A DNA stretch of 32,000 nucleotides from Mycobacterium leprae TN (GTDB lineage: Bacteria > Actinomycetota > Actinomycetes > Mycobacteriales > Mycobacteriaceae): assembly GCF_000195855.1 (NCBI RefSeq), contig NC_002677.1, positions 2,100,001 through 2,132,000 of the forward strand. The letters run 5' to 3'. Position 1 is the first letter of the stretch. The number at the start of each line of letters is the position of its first letter. This document shows, in pieces, positions 1-12,764 of this stretch. The notes under the pieces are model-generated. The model had not been told where the DNA came from. It was given only the letters and a program-made list of their open reading frames with translations, and ran no database searches. A program made the position numbers and the translations under genes.

Positions 1-919
1 CCTCACCGCTGCGCGGCTGGGAGTACACCCCCACCTTGATCGGCTCCACGCACCGCATCGTCGCCGGACTGGGCCGAAGTGCCCGCGTGAAAACTACGTT
101 GACTTGCTTCATCACCACTCCGTACGGCCACCACGCCAGCCGCTTGAACCCATACAGCACCCGAATATCGTGCGAGGTGTAGATCAGGTACCGGTTCTTT
201 GCGACCCCGGCCAAGATCTTCTCGGCGGCCCTTTCCGCTGACACAGCATGACCACGGAAGCGGTCAACCCATCGACTGAACCTCGGGTCCTGGCGGTCAA
301 CCCCGGCAATTTCGATAGTATCGACTAGCGGCGTCCGTACCGCACCGGGCACCACAACCGACACCCCGATGCGGTACCGGGCTAGGTCGAAGCGCAGCAC
401 CTCAGAAAGTCCGCGCAATCCGTACTTGCTGGCACTGTAGGCCGCATGCCAGGGCAGGGCGACCAGCCCAGCCGCCGAAGAGACATTGACCAAATGCCCA
501 CCCCGGCCGGCGGCCAGGATCGCCGGCACGAACGTCTCGATGATGTGGATCGGTCCCATCAGGTTGATCGCGACCACGTTGCTCCACTGGTCGTGGGTGA
601 GTCGGTCAACAGTCCCCCAGACCGAGACGCCAGCGATATTCATCACGATATCCATGCTGGGATGCCTTGCGTGGATGTCAGCGCCGAATGCCGCCACCTC
701 GTCGTAGTCGGAAATGTCCAGGGCACGATACTCGGGGACCTGTGCACCGAGAGCCCGTGCTTCGGACACGGTTTGGGCCAAACCATCGCAGTGGCGGTCG
801 GTCAGATACAGCTCAGCACCGTAGGCGGCGAGCCGCAATGCGGTGGCTCGGCCAATACCACTAGCCGCGCCGGTGACAAAACACCGCTTCCCCACGAAAT
901 ATTGTGCCGTCTTCACCAT
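1..919 (-). CDS. Short-chain dehydrogenase/reductase, 3' end runs off the window (Rv3057c-like)
   Basis: Not in the ORF track because it is open to the edge. Manual reverse-complement translation from ATG at 919 reads MVKTAQYFVGKRCFVTGAASGIGRATALRLAAYGAELYLTD... with the SDR nucleotide-binding motif TGAASGIG, NIAG, and catalytic YSASK; no stop down to base 1. Confidence 0.9.
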   Translation of the reverse strand, partial: MVKTAQYFVGKRCFVTGAASGIGRATALRLAAYGAELYLTDRHCDGLAQTVSEARALGAQVPEYRALDISDYDEVAAFGADIHARHPSMDIVMNIAGVSVWGTVDRLTHDQWSNVVAINLMGPIHIIETFVPAILAAGRGGHLVNVSSAAGLVALPWHAAYSASKYGLRGLSEVLRFDLARYRIGVSVVVPGAVRTPLVDTIEIAGVDRQDPRFSRWVDRFRGHAVSAERAAEKILAGVAKNRYLIYTSHDIRVLYGFKRLAWWPYGVVMKQVNVVFTRALRPSPATMRCVEPIKVGVYSQPRSGE

Positions 920-1037
920 GGCTTACCTTTGGCCGCCGCACCATAGAACGTTTAGCCACACCTGCTCGAGCACCCGCACGCAGCGCCCCGTACCACACCA
1001 CTGTCGCAACCGATCAGCATAGGTTAACCGGTCAGCA

Positions 1038-1540
1038 TCAGCGCGGCCGGACCCGCCAAGCGTACGGATCAATGCCGAGATGTCTGCACAGATCGGATGC
1101 GCGATCCCCGCGCCTCGAGTAAATCAATGATCTAGCAAAGCACCACTTCAAATTGCCGTTCGAAAATATGTTGGATCTCAATATCGGTGTGGCGGACGAC
1201 AGATGATTACAGGCCGTCATCACCGAGTCGTTGTGTGCGTAGACAACGGCGGCACTGCCCACCATTTGCTTGGCGAACTGCTCGAGTGATTCGCCCGACC
1301 GACGGGGGACGAAATATTAGGTGGACTTTTCGAGTTCTTCGGCTGCCTTCGCCAGAATCTTGGCAAGCACAGCGTACTTGGAGTCGAAATAGGAAGTAAG
1401 AAGCCGGATCGGGTCACCCCGACGCGGTGGCTAATGGTGCTAACCGACAGCTCCAACATGCGACCTCTCCTCCAGAAGCTCACGCGCTGCCTACAGGACC
1501 GCTTGTCGGTGCTTGTGATCATGCTGTCGCACAGTTGGTA
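1038..1540 (-). pseudogene. TetR-family regulator pseudogene (Rv3058c-like)
   Basis: Pieces in different minus frames: ARELLEERSH / ELSVSTISHRVGVTRSGF / YFDSKYAVLAKILAKAAEELEKST...EQFAKQMVGSAAVVYAHNDSVMTACNHLSS. The TetR HTH is split by frameshifts. Confidence 0.75.
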
Positions 1541-1739
1541 TCCCCCCGCTCCTGGCTGCTTAGCTATTCACATTGTAATCATCCCATCTGACCTTGCACC
1601 ATGCCGCTCGAAAAGGAAACTTGACAGCCATCAAACCTGTCCGAAGGATCATTTTTTAGTAACATTGTCATAGCCTGTCCAGGCAGGCAAATGAAGCGTT
1701 CATGGCCGCCATCATAAGCACTTAGCACTATAAGCCGGA

Positions 1740-3170
1740 CCAGACACAGGACATCGATGCCCCCAACGCTTAACACCATCCTCAGTATGGAAACGTTCCA
1801 AGGCGCTATATTCGCCCACGACTGGAAGACAGCAATCCTAGCCAAACCACCCGCCGGTAACAGTCTCAAGCTCATCCTCGGCGACTCAGACGTTGCCCAT
1901 GCTCGGTCACTTCATCGAAGTATTCCAGGGGAGACATGGACTACGCGCTGTTCCTGTATCAAGCACACAATCCGCTGATTTATCCCGCTTCGCCGGCCCT
2001 GCCGTCGGTTACTGGTGTTGGGACCGACGCTACCCAGGCCATATTCGCCAATTAAGAACTAAGGACTTTCGTAAAAGTATTTAGCACACGGCGACCGGCC
2101 CGTTCTTGAGCCAGTACCTTATATTGCTACGCCTCGAAAAGTACATGTACCACCAGCACATCATGCAAGAGGTCTTCATCCGGCCCCACTTAGCCGGGGG
2201 TACGTCGAGCTCACTGACCGCATGGCGTCGACCACCATCGCCAACTGACCAACCAACGATGCACGGTTCCTGTTACATCCCGCGATGACGCAACTCACCC
2301 TCAACGTCGCATCAACAGTGTTCATAGGCCATGAACCCGGTACCGACAGCGACCCGGCCACCAAGGTTAATCCGGGCCTTTACCACTACAACACGCGCCG
2401 GTGGCACGAGCATCCGCCAGTGGGTACCGCCGTTTAAATGGTGGCGTATACTGCGCACCCGCAAGGTGCTCGAGGAGTACTTCATCGACCACTTCATGGA
2501 GCGCCGTCACGCTCGTGGCACCAACATGTTAACAGTGCTGTTCCAAAACCAAGAATGACAACGGTAACAGCTTCACCGACGAAGACATCGTCAACCACAT
2601 GATCTTACTGATGATGACCGCCCAAGACACCTCGACATCAACAACCACAACGATGATCTACAACCTGACCGCGCGCATCCGGAGTGGCAGGAGCAAACAC
2701 GCGAGAAGTCGGCTCAGCGTGACGATGCACCGTTCGACATCGATGCGCTGGAAAAGTTGGAAGCTCTCGATTTTGTAATGAACTAATCTCTTCGCATGGT
2801 GACCTCACTGCCCTTCAACTTACGCCAGGCCGTTCGTGACACCAACCGGCTGGGCTATCATACGCCAGCCGAAACTAACGTAACAATACGGATGGCTCGG
2901 ACTGAACCACCGAATACCCGAATCATGAAGAGAGCAAAATAATTCGACCCGGAACGCTTCGCAGAATCGCGGTCCGAGCAAAAGAAACACCGGTAAGCCT
3001 TCGCACCGTTCGGGTGCTGGAGCGCACAAGTGCATTAGCATGGCATTCGGACAACTGAAGGTCAGGACCGTCGTGTACCGACTGCTTAGCAGCTACCGGC
3101 TGGGACTGATCCGACCCGACTAACAGCTACTATGGGACAATCAGCTGGATGCCGATTATGCTGCGTCCGT
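1740..3170 (+). pseudogene. cyp136: Cytochrome P450 pseudogene (cyp136-like)
   Basis: Ordered fragments: LAKPPAGNSLKLILGD; EKYMYHQHIMQEVFIRPHLAG; KVNPGFTITTRAG; VPPFKWWRILRTRKVLEEYFIDHF; DIVNHMILLMMTAQDTSTSTTTTMIYNLT (I helix); FDPERFAESRSEQKKHR; then in a shifted frame GAHKCISMAFGQLKVRTVVYRLLSSYRL (heme-Cys region). Frames change and stops intervene. Confidence 0.85.
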
Positions 3171-4989
3171 TCTAACCCGTACCCCGAACAGACGCCAATC
3201 ACACGGACAGTCAGTTAGCGCACACAACACGAACTACGTCGGATTTTCCGGCCAACAAACACCAACGACTTGATGAAATCAATTGCAGTATAGCGGCTTC
3301 CGGAATCACAATATCGGATCCCGCCGTCGGACCGCTAGCCCTGACGGACGCAGATCAGGGGACCTTCGAGCAGCTTCTCCAACCGCTACCAGTAGCAGGT
3401 ACGCTCACTACCCACCTCTCGGCTCCAGTGGACTCGACGGGGGGGAATGCCCCTGGTGTGGCGAGTCCCAGAATTCGCTCCACGTGGCGAGTTAATGGGC
3501 CTGGCAAGACAAGTCCGACGCCGAGTCTGATGAATGATACCCAGGACCACGTCTTCCGATACGGAATAGCCAATCAACCTACCCATAGCCTCTAGGTATT
3601 CCTCCCTTATTTGTAAACTCGTTGTCGGGAACCGCTAGCAATCAACCATAAAATACGTCCGGTGACTTTTAAGCTGCGGTGGGCCCCGAACTCAAAACTG
3701 GTCGTAGCTGAAAATTGGATCCCTTTCGCCCCATCCCGAGATCGTTATCGTCTACGGAACTCTGCGGGACGTTCGCCGGGTTAGCGGCCTCCGAAGTAGC
3801 GCCGATGGCCTGGTTGGTGACCTCGGTATCGGTATAGGAATCCGCGCTGGCGGCAAGGGGGGCAACAAACTGCTCATGCATCTTCTGGCCTGAGCGGAAA
3901 ATACCGGATAAAGCTCAGCTTGCGCGCTGTAGTGAGCGGGTTGAGCACCGACACCTCGTCGGCGGAAAGAGATAGAGTACCAGTCGTTGCGGGAGCTGCG
4001 CCTACATTATCTGGTAACCATCTGCGCATCGATGCCCTGCAGGTTGCCGGCAACTACCCTCGGGGCTTCCGATGGTCCCGTCACGACGGGATGGGGAAAC
4101 GGATGGGACACGAGAGTACCTCCTCGTACAGCTAACCAGCGATGGCTACGTACTGTTAGCGGACCCCGGAAGTCTAAATGCGCTTGCGTTGTATGCGCCG
4201 ACTGTTTTTACTTACTTGGGCGAACCGCCGCACAGACTGCCCGCCGCGCCAAGCCTGCGACAAGGGAAAATCACTCACACCAGCACAGCCCGAAGCACCA
4301 ACAATGACACATTCCACACACCAGTCAGCCAGAATCACACCCCCACAACCACCACCCCAAACATTTCTTGAAACGACCTTGACCGCTTGTTGACGTCACT
4401 TCGCGCCACGAGAAATGGCTACAAGTCTGCTGAACCTCGTGCAGGGCATTCTTCAACAGCACGGTTACCTGCTCAGCGATCTCCCACAACCCAGGATCTT
4501 AGGTTACCTCGATCCCCAACCTGGGGTCCATAGCGTCGATCAAAACCGTATCCGGTGCATCCGAGTCTTTGCCCATGACGACGTTGCAAGGCAACAGAAC
4601 TCCAAGCGTCCGGTACACATTGACCTCCTGTTACACAAACGTGCGATTACACGCACCAAGAACCATATAATACTCCATATTTTTCTAAAGCTTTTCAGCG
4701 TCACGTTCATGTCGATCTCGATTAGCACAACGAAACCTTGCTGCGTAAGCACTTTCCGAGCTCGCTCGACTGTGTAATCAAATGAGGTGTGTAGTGTGGC
4801 TGATCGCTAAACGCGCATGATGCTCTAATCCTCACTCACGGAAAATCTCTCACGATCGCTTCTTTGAACTTTCGCTCGAGCTTTGTCGCAGTTAGTGCGA
4901 AGAACCATTTCTTCCATTCTTCTTCATACTGGTTAAGCGGACCGGTCCCTTAGGCTATATTAATTAGAGCTCAGATCCTTGCTGCTCTC

Positions 4990-5750
4990 GCTGGCCGGAC
5001 ACCGGTTAACCCCTACAGCCACCAAGATGCAGCAGCGTACAGATGGCGATGGATGCGATAGCGCGCCAAGCTGTCGTCACCGTCGCTGATTGCCTCGACA
5101 ATCCGCTGTTTAACGTGCTCGACAGCGACGACATCGCGCCAAGCCGGCAGCGCATTGCCGGCCAACTGCGCCAATCTGAGGTGGAACCGTGACTCACCGG
5201 CCGCGGCCATATCAGCCGGCAGCTGTTTGAGGGTATTGGTTGCGAATACCCCGATGAACGGCAAGAAAGGCCGCCACCTCGGGCTCGTTCCGCCTCCTCA
5301 GGATTTTGGCGATGGTGTCTATCTCGAAAGCACCCCGGACTCAACGTAAGTCTTCGCGGTCCGGTTTTAAGTACTCTCGGTAAAGCGCTATCGTGTCCAT
5401 GCTGGCCTGCTCCTGGGGTTTTATGATGACCAGTCTGCGGCGCATGTGTGTGATCGCGTAATATGCGAGTAGCACCGCTTCCAGAAGCACCGCGCGGCTC
5501 ACCCGGCTGCGTTACAGCAGCACTGTCTCGGTCCCGAAAGACGGAACGGACCTACCAGGAACTACCCGCGATATTGTCGACAATGGTGGTCGCCAATCCC
5601 TCCGCCAGCTTGCCGTGGGGTGCCTCAAGATCGACCCCCGGCACCTCGCGCAGCTGGCGTGCCCGACCCGGGCTCAGCAAGCCGCCGGTCTCAGTCCACA
5701 GCGTGGATCCGCAGTGCGGTGTTGACTTCGTCGGACTCGCCAAACCACAT
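4990..5750 (-). pseudogene. GntR/FCD-family regulator pseudogene (Rv3060c-like)
   Basis: Minus frames carry HGKLAEGLATTIVDNIAG, then GTETVLL*RSRVSRAVLLEAV (winged-helix HTH), then SRFHLRLAQLAGNALPA...VEHVKQRIVEAISDGDDSLARYRIHRHLYA (FCD-like C-terminal domain), with stops and frameshifts. Outer limits uncertain. Confidence 0.7.
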
Positions 5751-6675
5751 AAGCTGTGGATAACAGCTAATATCGTTGACTGCTAACCAGATTCAGTGAA
5801 ATGCGGGATGATCGTTGATATCTGACCCGAGCTGGTAGCCGCCGGAGCAGTTGGTTAAACCGAACACTAATCTGATTAGCAGGGACAAGTTAGGCTAGTC
5901 AGCACTTGCGTACGCTCCCCTGGTCCGTGGTTTGCCTTGCAAGAGTCGCGGAAAACCACCCATACAGTATCAATACCTTCACCGGAAATACATTGCAGAA
6001 TAACGACTTTCTGCATATACCTTCAATAGTCGTCAATGGTAACTTTGCAGCCGGTAAAAACGTCGGCGACTGCCTCACCTTGCCAGCTTCATTGAACGTG
6101 GCCTTGTGTGGCTAGCCCGCTAAACTGAGCAAGCCCAGTTTCGTTGGTGATCAGCGGTAGCATCTACCCACGGAGTCATCGACGACAACGTTGAAAGAAC
6201 CACTATATTCTTATAGCGCCACATCACCGCGACTCCATGGTCCCCGTACTGTATGTATTGCGCATCGAGGTCTGCGATCGCCGGAGTATTTAGCCCAAGT
6301 TGGTTGGCCGTTACCCCACTTATGCCAATCAGCACGTTTATCGGCGATCCCAGCCGAAAACGATCATTGCCCGATGTGCATCGAAATGGCCGTGCAGAGA
6401 TAAACTAAACGTCCTGTTGATGGGCCACTAAGAGCTGCTTTCGCAGCGTACATAGCCAGCTCAGAAACTACGTAGCCGCCTCATACATCCATCTCACCTA
6501 ACGGCTCAACAACTCCGGAAAACATCATTTCAGTCATGTGTTGCCGCTCCCCGGCGGCGACCATCGAGCCAGTATCTGTCGGCACCGCCGTGTTGGTGGT
6601 ACGTAATAACTGCGAGATTCACTGTGCTGGGACGGATCCCAAGCACCCGGGCAACCTAACAAAGCACCCGGAATC

Positions 6676-8846
6676 TTAGTTAATCAACGGATCGCGCGGC
6701 ATGCCGAGAATCCTCTCGGCAATTTGGTTGCGAGTAACCTCCGAGGTGCCGCCAGTGATCACCATACCGCGCGCGCCCATGATCAACCGGCCGACCACTG
6801 TGCCAGGACCGTCGAGCAATGCAACCTCGGGCCCCAGCAGCACCGCCAAAATCGCCGCGCCCTCAACCATGTGCTCCGCCAGCTTCAGTTTGGTGACGTT
6901 GCCTTCCGGGCCAGAACCCACCCCTTCGACACTGCGGGCGACGCGACGCAGGTTCAGCAGCCGCAGCGCATGGTCTTCGGCGAGGTAGGTTCCGACACGG
7001 ATTTCCGCACTCGCCAACCGATCCACCCGCTGCTGGGCTAGCTGCACCAGTTGCGCCGCCATCCCCTCGTAGAACGAGTCACTACCGCCGAGACTGACCC
7101 GCTCATTGCCCAACGTCGCCCGCGCGATCGTCCACCCGGAGTTGGGCACACCAACCACATCCTCATCCGGAACGAACACGTTGTCGAAAAACACCTCATT
7201 GAATTCCGACCCGCCGGTAATCTGCCGCAATGGCCGCACCTCGACGCCCACTGCCTTCATGTCGATAATCACGGTGGTGATGCCCGCATGCTTAGGTGCA
7301 TCCGGGTCGGTACGTACTGTGGCCAGGCCGCGGCGACAATACTGGGCCCCACTGGTCCACACCTTTTGCCCGGTGATCTTCCAGCCACCGTCCACTCGCG
7401 TGGCCCGGGTCTTAACGGACGCTGCATCCGAACCAGCGTCGGGTTCGGAGAATAACTGACACCAAATTTCCTCTTGAAGCAACGCTTTTCCCGCGAATCT
7501 TTCAATCTGCCAAGGCGTTCCGTGTTGGATCAAGGTTAGGATCACCCAGCCGGTAATCGAGTAATCCGGGCGTTTGATTCCTGCTGCGCAAAACTTTTCA
7601 TCGATCACCAACTGCTCCACAGCATCGGCCGAGCGACCCCACGGTTGGGGCCAGTGCGGCATCACGTAGCCGGTCTCGATCAGCTTGTCGCGCTGTGCCT
7701 TCGTATCCAGGGCGGCGAGCTCGGCGGCGTCGGCACGGATCTGGGTACGCAATTCTTCGGCTTCGGCCGGCAAATCCAGGCTGTTGGTCCGAACAGCACC
7801 AGCCGCGGTGCGATCGAAGACATCCACGGCCGGCGCGTCACCACCCAGCAATGCCGCACTGACTAGCGCCCGCCGCAGGTGTAGGTGCGCATCATGTTCC
7901 CAAGTGAAACCGATACCGCCATGCACCTGAATGTTGAGTTCGGCATTGCGAGTGTAGGCGGGGAAGGCCAGCGCAGCCGCTACCGCGGCAGCCAGCCGGA
8001 ATTGCTCTTCATCCTGGGATGCCGCACGTGCGGCATCCCAGACCGCGGCGACCGCCGACTCGGCGACCACCAGCATGTTCGCGCAATGATGCTTGACCGC
8101 CTGGAACGTGGCGATGGTGCGGCCAAATTGCTGACACAGCTTGGCATACCCGACGGCAGCGTCGACACAGTCGGATGCTCCGCCCACCGCCTCGGCAGCC
8201 AGCAAAGTGCGCGCCCGAGCCAGCACCGATTCCCGTGCCCCAGGCAAAAGGTCGTCGGCGGTGACGCTAACGTTGTGTAGCCGGACGCGCCCGCAGCGCC
8301 GAGTCGGATCGAGATTTTCCGGTCATGTCCACCGACCACACCCGCGCGGTCGCGTTCCAACACCAGCATGTCGTCACCAGCGGCAACCAACAGCAACTCG
8401 GCGAGCCCAGCCCCCAATACGATTCCGGCCTCGCCATCGGCAGTGCCACCGTCTTTGACCCGCACCTGGCCGTACAACCCGATTCCCGCAGTGACGCTAC
8501 CGTCGATCAACCCCGACAGCAACCGCGCCTTGTGACCAGCGGTGCCGTCGTTGGCGATCACTGCCGACGCGATCACGGTCGGGACAAATGGCCCCGGCGC
8601 CACCGCGCGCCCGAGTTCTTCTATCACCACCACGAGTTCGGGCAACCCGTAGCCTGAACCGCCGTACTTTTCGTCTACGTGCAGACCGGGCCAGCCGAGC
8701 TCCACCATGTCGTGCCAGAATGCAGGCCGGACCTCGTCGGGCGTATCGAGCAGCGACCGAGCCGCCCAGCGCACCTGCTGCGAGATCAAGAACGCGCGGG
8801 CTACCTCGGCGAGTTCGCGATGATTGTCGGTCAGTGCGATACCCAT
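6676..8846 (-). pseudogene. fadE22: Two-domain acyl-CoA dehydrogenase, frameshifted (fadE22-like)
   Basis: N-terminal part from ATG at 8846 (MGIALTDNHRELAEVARAFLISQQVRW...LGLAELLLVAAGDDMLVLERDRAGV) and the long C-terminal ORF 6676..8247 (...GQKVWTSGAQYCRRGLATVRTDPDAPKHAGITT...LGNERVS...MPRDPLIN) form one protein. They are separated by frame changes around 8300-8340. Confidence 0.85.
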
Positions 8847-9019
8847 CAGGGTCCTCCTCGCACCGCTTTCCGATTGGAAAAAGCAAAATGTAGTGTACTT
8901 AATGTGACAAGAATCGCCGATGAGGCTACTTAGGCACGAATAACTGTCCAGCATCCAGGCATAAACATTTACCGTTGAGCATCGAGTTATCCACTATGGC
9001 TGCACCAACTTCGCTTATT

Positions 9020-9563
9020 ACTCAGGCCGTCCCATCCGCTTAGCGAAGACCGTATCGCGGGTCAGCATAGCCGCCCTCCCGTCGGAACCTCACAGTCAAG
9101 TCGGTCAGAAACAAATTCGGAGCGATCGCCAGCACCCCGTCCCCAGCGACCCAAGGTCGCGCATAATAATCCTCGGGCTCGTTCTTGCTCATGTGAGCAG
9201 CTGACAACCGACTCATGTTGAACGTCGCGATGAGATTGAGATCCACCACCGAGCGGAAGGATTCGAGGTCAAGGAGACCGGATTTGGTGAACGTCCGCTT
9301 GGCTATACCGCCGCCGGTGGTCACTGCGACTTACAGACCGCGGAGTTTGTCAACCGTGGGCTCAGTGCGAATGAAGTCGGTGACATAGACACCTACTAAA
9401 ATAAAACACACCACCGAGACCTTCGATAACTGTTTTACCGTCGGCAACCCTCGCGATCAAGGACAGTGACCTGTGCGCCACGCTCGGCCAACCACTCGGC
9501 AGTAGCCCGCCCCATACCTGACGCACCACCGACGACGGCAGCCTCTTTCCCGGTGATCTCCAT
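9020..9563 (-). pseudogene. SDR/fabG-like dehydrogenase pseudogene
   Basis: Reverse complement from ATG at 9563 reads MEITGKEAAVVGGASGMGRATAEWLAERGAQVTVLDREG, followed in other frames by LLDLESFRSVVDLNLIATFNMSRLSAAHMSKNEPED and GDGVLAIAPNLFLTDL. Typical SDR order, but frames are broken and the catalytic region is missing. Confidence 0.75.
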
Positions 9564-10303
9564 TCAGCCCTCCATTGCCGTAGCCTTCTGAACATCTAGT
9601 ACGCACGCTAGAGCGCCCGCGTAACCAAGATGACGGCAAGCCTTGGCGAGCTGAACTGTGCTGTTTTTCGATGTGGCTACCATATCACACGATGTTGGCG
9701 GCACCTCGTCGCGGTTGTTCTAAAGTCGCGCGCATCGCTAGCGTAGTCGCGATCATCATGTCATGGCTCTCCGGTGAATTACACCAACGCTCCATATCGC
9801 CGTCAGCTAGGTATCGCTACAGTCACGACCAACGGCAGCATCGCAGCCAGTACTGAATGCTACCAACATCGACACCACCTTATCTCCCAAGATCAGCGTA
9901 GTGTCCGGCAATAAGACCCAAGCGCGGCGTGACGAACTCGTCGTTCGGTTACTCGCTGCCGCCACCAAAACCGAAACAACTCTTTCTGCGCCAGTTACTA
10001 AAGCAGTGAGCTGTGCCGAGGTGCGCTGGTCAGGCTCATGACTAACACTGTCGTCATCGCCGAAATCCCGACTGCCACAGTACAACGCGCGGCAACGCTT
10101 AGCAGAAGTCTGCTCGCGGTAGCCAGCGGCAACTGGATCGCCGAAACATCCTGAAAAACCTCCTGGTTCAGCCTATCGCCGGTTACCTTGTAGCTGGTAT
10201 CTAAATCATTTACGATTGCTCCGCGGAAGTTCTTCGGATGTGGTTGCTGCTTGCGCTACGCAACTACCTGTCGATATTCATGAAATGTAGACGCCATCGC
10301 TTT

Positions 10304-10335
10304 ACTCGCGATCGGCACTCGCGATCGGCATTCGC
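10304..10335. repeat. Short 13-bp tandem repeat (about 2.4 copies)
   Basis: ACTCGCGATCGGC ACTCGCGATCGGC ATTCGC read directly. Confidence 0.8.
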
Positions 10336-12764
10336 ACCGCCCAGCCTACCACGCAGACACTCGGGTGAGCTGCTTCATGCTTTCCAACACCCTCGGTAGT
10401 TTGAGCGGCTTACTGGCCAAGCTGCCAAATCCGAATTGGCACCCCGACGTATAGATTAGATCTGCAGCCTGGTGATGATCAGCGTGTGGAACAGCATCCT
10501 GCTGTTGAGCAGTAACCGATCCGCTCGGTGTTATCAACACAACTGTTCCCGCTGTTCGGTATTGCTAACTAGCTCGCAAGTATTTTGCTGACCGTCATCA
10601 TCATGGTGGTTATCAGGAAGAGCCTATTGAAAACGGTTTTTAGCTTCCAGGAGTTCCGCTACTAGGTTATACGGTTGTCGCGCTGACAGCGTCTTGGCAG
10701 AAAATCTTCTCCGCAGATCTGGCCATCGGCTGCTGGGCACAGCATATCCGATATCTAGCGGCGAACATTTGGGCAAAATGACGTTAGGTGCGACGAAGAA
10801 CCAGCATCAGCTCGACGAAGTCATCGGAAACACCTCGATTCAGGGAATCTTGTCGATTATTTTCTCCACGGTTGTCATCCTTGTGTTAGTTGCATGAATT
10901 ATATTCGCGGTCAAATCAATTCAAAGTGCTGATAGGACATTAACCGAGGATGATCCTATGCCGTCTAAGTTGTTCACACCCTCCGGGTTGCTTAACACCA
11001 TAACGGAGTAAAAGTTGCAAAAACGACGGTACGCTCGGCCATCGAGTAGCGATGGTCATGACTAAATTCGTTACAACACAATAAAAATGTGCGGTAAGGA
11101 AAAATATCAACCTCGGGATCGTGTGTTTATTCAGCCGTTCTCACAAAAGACAACATGAAGAAAATAACCAATTCGTGTGACCAAACAACCGACGCATCCC
11201 AAAATGGACATCTGCAGCTACCCAACCTGAAGAAGTATCTAAAGTAGAGCCCTTAGACAGTTGCCTCGATGTCGTACAGTATCATCGATCCTCACCTCAG
11301 ACGCGATTCGAGGAGCTTCGTAGTCGTGCAAGCTTCAAATATTTCCCCTCACAGGTTAACGCAATCTGGCAATCCTCACTACTGATGCCGTAACACTGCA
11401 CGCCGATCGATTACAAACAGCTTGGTGTCCTCCAACGTGGTAGTACCAGGGCCGCGAAAGTCCCCTAACTCGGTGTTGCGGTCGAAATCTATTGGACCAA
11501 AACATTTCAAAAGCCAATCCTGATCCTTGCCAACCGCGATTGACGCCAGTTTAACTATTGCGGCCCCCGGCCACGTCACCGATATACGGTTTATCAATAA
11601 CGATATCGAGAACGGTCTTGTCGCAACAGACTTCGCTCTCGCCAGGTTCGTCGTCGACTACCGCAAAATTCTGATCGATACGACCGCTGAAGAGGATGCA
11701 ACGGGATCGGTCGCCGCTTGCCTAGCAATAGCACGCATGGATTTCGGCTGGCATGGCCAATGAAAGATACAGATCCAGAACGTCATTACTTACAAACCGA
11801 TATAGCGGATAAGTAACAATTACAAGGAAGGCCAGCTCATTGCGGAACAGCATTACCGCCAGCTGCTCGACCATTCTCCCGACATGATCCTAGTACACAA
11901 AGACAGCCGGTTCGTGTATGTAAACCCGGCCGGGGTTAGGTGGCTAGGCAAGACCTCGTAAGAGCAATTCGTCGGCCGTCGGGCCACCGAAGTCGTAAAT
12001 CCCACCGAGACACAAAAGGGCTTGGCACGCATCATCTCGTTGCGTCACGTCGGGGGATACTTCCGACCCAGCTCCGGAGGCCTTGCTGAGCTTGGGTGGC
12101 ACCACGATGGACGTCGAGGTGGTGTGCAATGCTCAACTTCTATTTGTATTTGGCCATCATGCGTGACCTGAGCACTCTAGAAAGCTGCCGAAAAGACGCT
12201 GCATTATCAGGCAGGTAGCCCTGGTAAGCCACACCAGTGATGCGACTGTCGCCGGTATTGTCAACCCAGTTGGCATCCGGCAACCTAAATGATTTACTGC
12301 CGACTAAGCCGCCATGGCGTTGGGGCTTCCAATTCCAGTAGAGCAAGTACGGTCGGTGCATTTGTTGGATCCGGCAGTCATTGTCACCAGTGAAAATGTG
12401 TTCCGTGCCGCACAGCACACCTCAGACAGCACTGTTCTGTCAGTGCAGGTAGGTCAGCTCAGCCGCAATGGATAGTAGATTGTTCTAGAATGCGCCGATC
12501 AAACGCCCCTGCTGCAGGCTGAGTAGCACTTCCAAACCGTCGTCGCTTCACTTGCGGAGAGTGTGTTTGTATTTAGACAGTGATGGACGCGTTAAAGCGA
12601 TGAACGCAGCTGCACTACAAATTCTGAACGTCGATTCCAGTGACTAGGTTTACGATTTCGGGAGACGCGTTGTGATAGTTCTGATCTTCGATTCCGAAGG
12701 CCGAATACTCAACCCGGATCAACGAACCCTATTTGGGTTCCTGCAAGCGTAAGCCGTTCAGACC

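Noticed and set aside
446-946. Plus-strand ORF of 166 aa at the left end
   Set aside because: The minus-strand SDR gene, verified by manual translation, covers this interval; the plus ORF is a shadow.
7051-7459. Plus-strand ORFs of 134 and 117 aa
   Set aside because: Antisense to the acyl-CoA dehydrogenase coding sequence.
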